A DNA stretch of 64,000 nt from Vicugna vicugna (GCA_013265495.1 MU058793.1:796060-860059), one strand, 5' to 3'. Shown: positions 42,587 through 53,299, numbered from the stretch's first letter. Translations and numbers: made by a program. Notes: generated by a model from the letters alone, not told the origin.

Positions 42587-43244
42587 ATTTGAGGTGCTGG
42601 TATTCCAAAAAGAATCAGAATTACAGTACTTATTCAGTAATTCTGTCTATGTTGAGAAATAGGAATCTGGCAAGCAAAGAAAAAATATACTTTTATTAAT
42701 ATGTCCAAAAGTAGATTGTAATAAAACACAGACCTTTCAAAAGAGGAGGAGGGGGGAACCCTCCCTAAAGGGAAGGAAAGCCAAGAGCAGATTACTTACT
42801 GCCACAGAATCCAATATTGTAAAGTGCTTTTTTTTTTCTCTTCCTATGCCACATTTTTAATGTCTCCGTGAGCTCAGTATGCTGTGACTATCAATCACAG
42901 GAAACTACTGACATTATGAAAGTGCTTTTAAGATATACAGAGTTTTCAAAGCCAGAGCTGTCTGAAGAATAAAATTTTTCAAAGCTTGTATATTTTCAAA
43001 AATATCTATTTGATACACCAAGCTGAGTAATGGCCAGCTGTCTCTAGTCTGTAACTGCTTGACAGAATGCATGAATACTGTTTTGTGGAGAAACAAAAAC
43101 TTTTTATAAGAATTCCCAGTTCTGCTCTGATCAACCTCTTCATCTGTGGGCAGTGGAGCGGTCACACACCAACTCCTGGGTGCTGAGAGTGGGCAGATCA
43201 GAATCAAATTAATTTAGAAGCAGACATCGTCCTCTAAGTTCTAC

Positions 43245-43492
43245 TTTGTTTTTGACAAATAAAAAGTGTATATATTTAAGTTGTACAATGCAGTGTTTTG
43301 ATATATGTATACATTGTGACATGATTACCTCAATCAAGCTAATTGACATATCCAGTAGCTCCTACAGTTACTATTTTGTTGGGGGGGGGGGAAGACCAGA
43401 ACACTTGAGATCAACTCTCTTAGCAAATTTTCAGTATATAATTCAGTATTATTAACTATAGTCACCATGATGTACGTTAGGTCTCCAGAACG
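43245..43492 (-). mobile_element. L1 3'UTR
   Basis: gttttgatatatgtatacattgtgacatgattacctcaatcaagctaatt...tattaactatagtcaccatg. Confidence 0.85.
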
Positions 43493-43799
43493 CTGATGCT
43501 TAGGAAATTTTGCTGGCTTTCAGACACATGCGGATATAAGCCATGGAGTCAAGTTTATGTTTGTAGACTGGAGCCTGTGCGAGCCAAGAAAGACCACCTA
43601 GAAGAAATAGATTCTGATCGCCAAGCACTACTATCAGCATCAATTGTTTCTTCATTCAACAAATGCTGAGTTACTGCTGTGTGCCAAACACTCTTCTAGA
43701 CACTGGGGACATGATAGCAAACTAAACAGAGTAAATTCCTTTCTTCATGAAAATTACATTCCAAAGGAGGATTATAGGAAGTAAGTAAATGTATTATAG

Positions 43800-46450
43800 A
43801 TATTGAAACAGAGTAATATTATACAGAGCACAGTCTCTGATGACAACACAATACAATTAAAATTCAACAACAAAAAAGAAAACCATATTTTGGGAAATGT
43901 TAGTTTATAAATATAATAAATTCATGGACCAAGTAAGGAATTATAATGGAAATTAAAACTCAGTAACAGATAAATTGTAGGAAAATATTCAGCTACATGA
44001 TAAGAGCTAGCTCTTAATTCTTAAAGAAACTCTGAAGAAGAAAAAAAAAAACTCATTAACAATGAAAAACACTACCAACCAGAACCTATGGAGTGTGATT
44101 AAAGCAAACACGTAGAGAAAGAGAAAAAATAAATCTAAAATTTAATGAGCTAAGTACCCAATATCCCCAAAAAGTGATATTAGGAATAATGAAAAGTGAG
44201 CAATAAATTCAGATATAGCAATAACTAAATATTAGTAGGAGTACATTATAAACATTAGGTCAATACACTTGAAAATTTAGATGAAATAGACAAACTGTCA
44301 GAAAAATATAACTTGACAAAAGCAATTCAAGAAGAAAAAAATAAAATTAAAAAATGAGTAAGTTAAAATATATTCATATAAAGCAAAGTGTTAGCTGGTT
44401 TACTCAACTTTCAGAAATACATCATCCCTCCCCATATAACATTTTAGAGAGAATAATAACAAAAATAGCTACAACTGAGAGGTTGCTTGTTATGTTGTGG
44501 GACACTGTTCTAAGTGCTTTATCTATTTTAACACCTTTAATCTTCAAAATATCTCTATGAAGTTGATATTTCCATTTTTCAAATTAGGAAACTGAGGCAA
44601 AAAGAGATTAGGTCTAATTGTTATAAGCAGCTAGAACAGAAAAGAAAACAAGGAGAAAGCATTCTCTTTTCATGAGATTCTCATTGCATGAAATTAATAT
44701 AACTTCAGTATGAAAACGAGACAAGAGCAGGAAAAGAAAAGAAAATTATACATCAAACACATTTATAAAGCCACAAAAATCCTAAATAAGATTTTAACAA
44801 TGAAATGCAAGAATGCATAAAATATTTAATATTATAAGCAAATAGGGCTTATTTCAGGAATGCAAGGTTGGTTTAACATTAGAAAGTTTAGTAACATAAT
44901 TCATAATACAAACAGATGAAAAAAATTATGATAATCTAAATAAATACGGGGGGGAAAGCTTTTAGCAACATTTTAATAGCAAAAAAACTTCCTTACTGTC
45001 AAACACCTACAGTAAATATCATATAGCTAGAACATGATATACATGTGGTCTCTTTAAGGGAAGAAACAAAGATGCCTGTTACTTCCTTATACTTAACATG
45101 TGCTAAAGGTCCTAATCAGTGCAATATGAAAGAAAAGAAATGTTTATATATTGTAATATAAATATTAATATACTAATATTATAGTAATTATATAATTATA
45201 TTGTATAATTGCATATTATGTAATTGTATTAATATATTGGTGTGATAAATAATATTAATATACTAATGTGCATATTTATATTAAATATATAAATTTTTGC
45301 CAAGGTTAATGAGGAGGAAGAGATGAACAGGCAGAGCACAGAGGATTTTTAGGTCAATGAAACTATTCCGCATGGCACTATAATGCTGGATACATGTTAT
45401 ACTGCATTTGTCAAAATCCATAGAATGTGTAACACAAAGAATGACTTCTAATGTAAACTGTGGACATTGCATGAGAATAACGTGTCAGTGTGTGTTCACT
45501 GACAGTAAGAAATGTACACTCTGGGGGGAGTGTTCATAGTGGGAGGAGTTACATGTGTGGGAGCAGGGGATATATGGGAACTCTGTACTTTCCACTCAAT
45601 TTTTCTGTGAACTTAAAACAGCTCTAAAAATCAACACACACACATATCATATACATATGTTAACAAACAAAAGCTGTCATTGTTCATAAACAGTATGATT
45701 ATGTAGATAACTGAAGAAAATACATTCATTATTGGAACATTAAGAAAGTTCAACAAGGATACCTGATACAGGGCAATATCAAAAATAAATAACATTCCAT
45801 AACAAAAAAGAAGCAGGCTCACAGATACAGAGAGCAAACTAGTAGTTACCAGTGAGGCAAAAGAAGTGGAGAGAGGAAATACAGGGGTGGGGGGGAAAGG
45901 CCATTATGGGATTACATGAAATTGTCTGTGTGAAACTTTTGAAAATTGTGACGGACTATAAAATTTTAAGACTCTTTCGTTCAATAAAAAATAAATTTAA
46001 AAAAAAGGAGTAAATACACCTAACATGTAGAGTTGCTAGGTATAAATATAAAATTAGTAAAATACAGTGTCTAGACAGTGTTCAATAAGTGGCAGTTCTT
46101 CTAAATTGTTTATTTCAAGTCTTTCAAGTTCTAGCTATGGTTAATGATTTTTAGCTCTACTGAGATCTTTCTATGAGATACAGTAAAGTCCCAACAAGCT
46201 GAAAATACATACATATGTACATACACACACACACACACACATACACACACATACATACATAAACATTCCTATTATGATACAAGAAATTCATATGATCAAT
46301 AAGTGATTAATGTCAAGAATATATATATTGATGCCCATAAAGCAACAATCCAATAGAAAAATGGCCAAAGTATATGAATAGTATAGTGGTTCAGAGACAA
46401 AGAAACTCAAGTGGCCAATTCTCATTAGTAGTGAGGCAAATGAAAATTAA
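43800..46450 (+). mobile_element. Mosaic of degraded L1 fragments
   Basis: ORF2 pieces (caggaatgcaaggttggtttaacattagaaa) and 3'UTRs at about 45300-45630 and 45800-46005. Confidence 0.75.
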
Positions 46451-46589
46451 AACTAAATATTGTTTTCTCACATCCATCAGTACACATTTTCACTTGCCCT
46501 TGCCCCACCGACTCCTGGCCTGGTGTAGTACAGCTGTGAGGAAGCAGCCAATTTCTGGTTCTCTTTCTTCAGTCAGAAAGAGCAAACTG

Positions 46590-48384
46590 GAAATTATTTG
46601 CAATGTTCTAGGCTATATGAAAATGTCCAGTTTTCAACAAAAGATCATAATCCATACAAAGACACAGAGAACATGGCCTATTTAAAGAAACAAATCTCCA
46701 GAAACAGTTTCTGAAGAAACACATACATGAAACTTACCGGAAAAAGACTTTAAAATAACTTTCTTCAGTATGATCAGAAAGCTAAAGAATAACATGGACA
46801 AAGAATTACAGGAATTCAGGAAAACCTTATATGAACAAATGAAAATATCAACAAAGAGAGAGAAATTATTATTTTTTTAATTCTGGAGCTGAAAATACAA
46901 GTACTGAATTGAGGAATTCACTAGACGTGTCCAGCAGTAGACTAAAAACAGGCAGAAGAACAAATCAAGAACTTGAAGGGAAGTCATTTGAAATTATCAA
47001 ATCCGAGGAGCAAAAAAAAAAAAAACCTAAGTAGAACCTGATGGACTTATAAAATATCATTAACTGGACCAATTTACTCACTATTGGAGTCCCAGAAAAA
47101 GAAGAGAGAGAAGGGGGCAAATTAATTATTTGAAGAAATAATAATGGCAGAAAACATCTCATATTTGAGGAAAGACATTAATATACAAATGCACGAAGCT
47201 CAACAACTTCCAAGTAGGATATACCCAGAGACCCACACTAAGACATGAACGACAGAGAATAGAAAGCCCAGAAACAGACTCTCACACATACAGCCAAGTT
47301 ACTCTTGACAATAGTGCCAAGACCATTCAATTCGGAAAAGACAGTCTTTTCAACAAATTGTGTTGGGAAAACTTGATATCCATGTGCAAAAAAATTGAAG
47401 TTGGACCCTTACCTTACATCACATACAGAAAGTAACTCAAAATGGATCAAACACCTAAATGTAAGAACTGAAACTCTAAAATTCTTAGAAGAAAACATAG
47501 GGGGAAAGCTTTATGACGTTGAACTTGGCAAGGATTTCTTGTATCTGACACCAAAAGTAGACAACAAAAGAAAAAAATAGATACAATGGATTTCATCAAA
47601 ATTTAAAAATTTTGAAAAAAATTTAAAAATTGTGTGTGTCAACAAACACAAAAAAAGCAACCCACAGAATGGGAGAAAATATCTGTAAGTCATATATATG
47701 ATAAGAGATTGATACCCAGAATATTACAAAGTTTCACAACTCAACAACCACAATAAAAACTCAATTAAAAATTTTAAAATGGGTCTGGACTGGAATAGAC
47801 ATTTCTCCAGATAAAATAAACAAATGGCCAATAAGCATATGAAAAGATGCTCAATGTCAGTAGCCATTAGGAAAATGCAAATCAAAACCATGAGATACCA
47901 CCTCACACCCATTAGGATGGCTGTTATCAAAACAGCAGAAAATAAGCACAGGGAAATATATACAAGATCTTGTGGTAGCTCACAGAGAAAACAAATGTGA
48001 CAATGAATATATATATGTTCATGTGTAATTGAAAAATTGAGCTCTACATTGGAATTTGACACAGCATTGTAAAATGACTATAACTCAATAAAAAATGTTT
48101 TAAAAATTTTTTAGAAAATAAAGTGGAAGGGAATCTCTAGAAACACTTAAAAAAACAGCAGAAAATAAATAGCATGGAGCAATGATATAGGGAAGTTGGA
48201 ACCCATGTGCACTGTTGGTGGGAATGTAAAATGATGCACAGTTACTGTGGGAAACAGTATGTTGATTCCTCAAAAAGTTAAACACAATATGACCACATGA
48301 TCCAGCAATTCCACTTCTAGATATATAACCAAAAAAGAGTAGAAACAGGGACTAAAACAGATATGAGCACACCCATGTTCTTAG
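46590..48384 (+). mobile_element. L1 (ORF1 remnant joined to ORF2 3' part); host of the ERV
   Basis: ORF1-like attggagtcccagaa...gaagaaataataatggcagaaaac; ORF 47395..47580 [23 protein letters not shown] is ORF2p; the element resumes at 51941. Confidence 0.9.
47946..48151 (+). mobile_element. Young 5'-truncated L1 with a short 3' extension
   Basis: Perfect 17-bp TSD aaaacagcagaaaataa at 47929-47945 and 48152-48168. Confidence 0.9.
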
Positions 48385-48500
48385 TGTCACTGAGTCCAAA
48401 CTTATCCTGCTCGCCACGCAACGGGCCAATAAATAAGGAGATGAGGTATTAGGGCAGGGAATAAAGACTTTATTTGGAAAGCCAGCAGAACGAGAAGATA
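48385..48500 (-). mobile_element. 3' LTR remnant (R/U5 end only)
   Basis: Aligns without gaps to 51423-51537 with about 27 mismatches in 115 nt by hand count; AATAAA at 48469-48474(-); ends in ...TGACA. Confidence 0.9.
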
Positions 48501-48529
48501 CTTTGGAGTTCACTGTAAGGCAGCATCTC

Positions 48530-48775
48530 TCCCGTAAACTATGTTTCAGAGTGAGGTCCCATAGTTGACATTCTAGAGGTGTAAGAGAGAACAATTTTGT
48601 CCTCTAAAGACTCCTGTGATCGGGATGGATTGAGATGTCTTCTGTACCACCTTGGTGTTTACCACCCATATGTATCAGAAAGTCAATCAGCTCATCCCCG
48701 ACTGTCAAGTTTACCCAGGGCTTCTGTGGGGAAACTGGAATTGGGTGCCTCAAGTCCAAGGAAGCCCTTAGGCCC
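48530..48775 (-). pseudogene. Retroviral protease remnant
   Basis: IPVSPQKPWVNLTVGDELIDFLIHMG (decayed FLVDTG motif) and LTPLECQLWDLTLKHS, downstream of tgatag stop codons at the gag-pro boundary position. Confidence 0.8.
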
Positions 48776-48833
48776 CTATCATCAGAGTGTTCGTCTTTTT
48801 TTACTATATGAGAGGTTCCTATATTTTTTAAAT

Positions 48834-49798
48834 TGTTTTCCTGGATCAGACTCACAATAAGGTAAAATACACACGTTGAGGGGTACCATCAAAAGAACTA
48901 TGTATCCCAGATAAATAAAAGGTACCACATAGGCCAAGGGTTTTACAAAAAGCCACCTAAAGGAGCTTTAGTCTCAGTCCAGGAAATTCTCAAGACTCCC
49001 CAGTACTGTAGCCACATTATTTGGAAAAGTCTTTCCAAGGATAGAAGAAGATGCAGTAGTTGCTGCAACAAAAATTATTGCATCCATCATTCTCACTAGA
49101 AAACACATGGTAATAAGCTCTAATAAATAAACACTGGTCCTTCTGGAATTTGGTCCAATACACCAAAGAGAATTGTAACACCTTCTGAGACAAATATTCC
49201 TCCTACAAACATAAATTTTGCTTCAATATGTACATGATATTTTCCAAATATCAAAGATGCCAGCAAGTCAAACAAAGCATAACACCCAAGGATCATACCA
49301 ATAACTATATCGCTGGCTCCATTCTTTCCAGCCTCCTTGGGGATAAAGGGTCCAAGGACAGAATAGCACATCATGGAACCTACGTTAATGGAAACTGCTG
49401 ATATCAGTACAAAAATCTGTTCTTTTGAAAGCTGCCTGCCTGGGCGTCTCCCTTGCACATCCTGGAGGGCCATCACCTCTTAAAGTGCAAGAATGGGGCA
49501 GGTCCTTAGAGCATGTAGCATCCTACTGTGATTTAGTTTCCAAAAACCAGAAGCCATTTCCTTAGACATGGCATTTTATCACTGAGTAGGCCCAACAGTG
49601 GTGAAGAAATGGTGTAGGATAGTGCCAAACCTAGGAATACCAGTCCCACATATCCAGCTGGTAAATTAAATTTTTCCAAAACAAAGAGGGACAGCGGAGG
49701 ATCAAGGAAGCCAAAACCAGAGCTGAGTGAGGTGCTGATGAGGGATATAAGGGCAACCTTGGGTAAACTGATGAGTTTCCAGAATGACTGTTTCCCTG
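48834..49798 (-). pseudogene. SLC18B1: Intronless, circularly permuted SLC18B1 copy (apparent circRNA-derived pseudogene)
   Basis: 49798-49477 encodes GKQSFWKLISLPKVALI...FGFLDPPLSLFVLEKFNLPAGYVGLVFLGLALSYTISSPLLGLLSDK...KWLLVFGN*ITVGCYML*GPAPFLHFK. 49476-48834 encodes the N-terminal half: DGPPGCARETP..LSKEQIFVLISAVSINVGSMMCYSVLGP...GPVFI..MCFLVRMMDA...FPNNVATVLGSLE...LLMVPLNVCILPYCESDPGKQ. Both match the recalled SLC18B1 protein. Stops and frameshifts are present. Confidence 0.95.
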
Positions 49799-50470
49799 TT
49801 AACACTTTAAAAGTAACATCTACCAATCGAAAAGGGTACATGCCAAATGCACCATCGAATTTTTGAAATTTTCTCATATTTACCATTCTAGCATTTCCAG
49901 GGGCCTCGAGATCTGCTGTCGACCTGATAAATCCTTTACAAAAATTCAGAGAGGCCTTCATTTGGTTTTTGCTGGATTTCCTCAATTTAGTTAAACCCAG
50001 CCTGATGGCTGTTTGCATTTAGGCCCCCTACGGGATAATGTTGTAGGGGAAATTGCCCTGTGCTGGGAGTGGCTCCTGGTCCAAACTGGGTGCCCTGTCG
50101 GGTCTTAGATGGAAATACGACTAGGTTCCTGTGCCCTAGGAACCATCACAGGATTTTCTAATTGATCCCTATAAGGAAAGAGAGCCTGTTTGACCACTTC
50201 CTGGGCCCCAGTGTCAGGGACTGTGGCTGACTGTAGGAATGGGAGGTGGTGGAGGGGGTGGATACATTGGCGTCGCTGGGACAGGCAGCTCAGCTGGGAG
50301 AGTTAAGGTTAGAAACAACATGTCTTAACTCTTATTCCTTTCCTTATTTTCCCTGAGGTAATAGCACAAATGCTTGCACTTAGGGGACTTCATCATTCTT
50401 CCTTGCTTTTTCACAAAATATCTGTAATTGCAGGATTGTATAGAGCCATTCCAAGGCCACCATTCCTCAG
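49799..50470 (-). pseudogene. gag remnants (matrix and capsid, internally deleted)
   Basis: Matrix-like WPWNGS..ILQLQIFCEK..DEVP*VQAF at about 50368-50460; MHR-like EIQQKPNEGLSEFL*RIYQ and DLEAPGNARMVNM..RKFQKFDGAFGMYPFRLVDVTFKV at about 49800-49990. Confidence 0.85.
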
Positions 50471-51246
50471 CATTTTATTGTAAAATCATAAATAGCTACT
50501 GATCTTTTCTAATCATTTTGCCTTGGCATCAACCAACCGGGCTGAATTCTGAGCTGAGGCTTTTGGTGATTTTAGGAACCAAGCGGGACCTTTATATTCT
50601 CCCTGGAAAGGTCCCACTCGCAGACTAGAACAGACAGATTTTTTTTCTTTCCATTCCTTTCCCCGTTTGACATCAATAAAAGTTTTAAATATCATAAAAC
50701 TGACTTGACTGTAAAGGGGGAAACAGTACCAAAACATCATGAAATGAAAAACCCAGAGGACAAACAGAAATCCTAAATGCATGCTCAAGTTTGGCCTTGG
50801 GGTTTTACATGTACCAACGACACAGGAGACCACAAATGACATAATTAACACAGCAAGGGTGGCGGTATGTGAAGATAACCCTGAATAAGCCTCTTGTGGA
50901 GATCACACTGTTCATCCTCTCCTAGGCGCGGGTTCATGACTGTAATCAGACAGACCACTTATCCAAAGCGCGCCTCAGACGACTTTCTTTAGGGATAGTT
51001 GAAACAGTCCCCGTTCTTTTTTTTTTTTTTAAGACAGAAATACAAGATAAATAAAACACACCCGGCGCACACAAATGCCAGCATCCAGAGACAAACGAAC
51101 CAGTTCACAAATCAGGTAAAAGTCCAGCAATTACTCCCTCTCGCCAACGGGGTACCCGCCTCAAACACAAAACAAACTGGCTTGTTCCGAGGAAAAAAGC
51201 CCCAAACGGGAGAGGAACAAAGTTTCCGGCTGCACACACCGGGGCC

Positions 51247-51255
51247 ACTTACCCT
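51247..51255 (-). promoter_or_regulatory. Consensus splice donor in the ERV leader
   Basis: Minus strand AGG|GTAAGT (plus strand acttaccct), about 170 nt downstream of the 5' LTR. Confidence 0.6.
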
Positions 51256-51399
51256 ACAGCCTCTCCCAGATGAGATTCCTGGCTCCAGCTGCCCAGCTCT
51301 GGGGCGGCCCGGTCACTTCCGGGAACTTTGAAGGGAGAAGAATCCTGAGGGGAAGGGGGCCCGGCAGCCGCTAGAGCCTTAACCGGAACGCTGCCCGAT

Positions 51400-51417
51400 G
51401 GAAGCCGGCTGGTGCCA
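51400..51417 (-). other. PBS-like site (tRNA unassigned)
   Basis: TGGCACCAGCCGGCTTCC begins 5 nt after the LTR end ...GTGACA. Confidence 0.5.
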
Positions 51418-51422
51418 AAATT

Positions 51423-51940
51423 TGTCACCGAGTCCAAACTCGTTCTGCTCGCCGCTGGACAGACCAGTACATCGGGAGACAGGGTACTGGGGCAAGGAAT
51501 AACAACTTTATTCGGAAAACCAGCCGATCAAGAAGATGGGGGACTAATGTCTTAGAAAACCATCTTACCCAAGTCAGAATTCAGGTTCCTTTTACGCTAA
51601 AAAGGGGAAGGGATGTGTTTGGTTGCTGCAAACTTCTTGGTGTCGGATCCTTTGTTCTTGCAGCTTTCCACGTAGGTCAGGTCATGAAGTTCCTGTAGAC
51701 CGCCAACAAGAAAATGTTATTCTCTGTTCTGGAATTTGCTGTCTCTATATGAACAAAAAAAAATGTTATACCCTTAAAGATAGAGTCTTGAGTATGGGTT
51801 CTCCTATATATTTCAGGCTAAAGGCAACGTTCTTTTACAAAAGGTACAGAATCTGCATGACTAAGTACGGGACACAGAGCACAGGGTTAGAGCCAAAGGA
51901 ACAGCTCTAATATGGAGTCAGATTTGTTCTTCCTATTACA
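51423..51940 (-). mobile_element. 5' LTR (518 bp)
   Basis: Minus strand TGTAATAGGAAGAACAAATCTGACTCC...GGACTCGGTGACA; AATAAA at 51507-51512(-). Confidence 0.92.
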
Positions 51941-52890
51941 ATAGCAGCATTATTCACAATAGCCTAAAGGTAGAAGCAACCAGTGTCCACCGACAAATGA
52001 ATACATTTTTTTAAAAAAATATGGTGTATGCATAAAATGAAATATTATTCAGGCTTAAAAAGGAAAGAAATTCTGATACATGCTACAACACGGCTGAACC
52101 TTGAAGACATTATGAAACAAGCAAGGCACAAAGAAGCCCATAGAAAGGCTCTATGATTCCAACTATATGATAATCTGGGAAACGCAAAACTACAAAGACA
52201 GCAGAATTATCGGTGGTTGCCAGGGGTGGGGAGGGAGAGAAGTGAAAAGGTGGAGCACAGAAGAGTTTTAGGCCAGTGAAAATACTCTGTATGATACGAT
52301 GAAGGTGAATATATGTCACTATTCATTTGTCCAAATCCATAGAATGTAACAACGCCCTAATATAAACTGTGGACTTTGGATGATAATGATGTGTCAATAT
52401 AGGTTCATCAGTTGTAACAAATGTACCACTATGGCAGGGCTGTTGATAACGGGGGAGACTGTGTGTGTGTGTGACGGCAGGGATCATAAGAGAAATCTAT
52501 GTACCTTCCTCTCAATTTTGCTGTGAACTTTAAACTGCTCTTTATAAAATTATCTTTCTAAAAAAGGAAGGGAGGAAGGAAGGAAGAAAAGAAAGAAGCT
52601 AGTCACAAAAAGGCAATAATTTTGTGATTCTTCCTATATAAATTGTCTAGCATAGTCAACTTCATAGAGACAGAGAATAGAATGGCAGTTGTCAGGGGAT
52701 GAGGGGAAGGGGAATGAAGGATTAGTGTTTAATGGGCAGAGTTTCCACTGGGGAAGGTGAAAAATTTCTGGAGGTGGATGGTGATGACGGTTGCACAACA
52801 ATGTGAATGCACTTAATGCCACAGAATTGTATACCTAAAGTGGTTAAAATGATATATTTTATATTATATTTTTTACTAGAATAAAAAATG
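51941..52890 (+). mobile_element. Continuation of the host L1 3' end, with a second L1 3'UTR nested in it
   Basis: atagcagcattattcacaatagcc...catgctacaaca...aaccttgaagacattatg, followed by two different 3'UTRs. Confidence 0.9.
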
Positions 52891-53299
52891 TATTCAGTGA
52901 TTAAATTCTTCTTAAAACATTTCCTACAGTTCACCCAGAAGAGTTATACATTCCTAATCACAGTGATCATTCCAATATATCTTTCTCCCTGCCTATCCAA
53001 TTGAGAACTATATTATTACATTTTGTTTCATTTACATACTATAATGAATATTCCTTTAAGAGAAGTCAAGGGACTCATGAAGAGGACTTAAATATCTTAA
53101 ATATCTCTATGATATTTTTGTTGCATTTTATAAGCATTTGTCAATATTAAGCATCTTATATCTGAATCACCTGGATAACCACCTTTGACCTGACTATCCC
53201 TACACAATTTCTGTGCATATGTTGATGTTAATAGTGATCTATCAAGGAAAGGTTAGAGGTAGACTTCATTTTTAAAATACGCTTTCAACATGAAGCCAA

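Larger units (their letters stand above)
48385..51940 (-). mobile_element. Deleted, non-autonomous class I (ERV1-type) provirus carrying a host-gene insert
   Basis: It splits the L1 motif cccatgttc-atag-cagcattattcacaatagcc with a 4-bp TSD ttag (48381-48384) / atag (51941-51944). It has a full 5' LTR, a PBS-like site, gag and pro remnants and a 3' LTR remnant; no pol RT/IN or env is seen. Confidence 0.92.

Noticed and set aside
48834..49798. Functional SLC18B1 gene or ordinary L1-type processed pseudogene
   Set aside because: It has stops (49533-49535, 49506-49508) and frameshifts, no start codon, no 3' exons or poly(A), permuted exon order, and sits inside a provirus.
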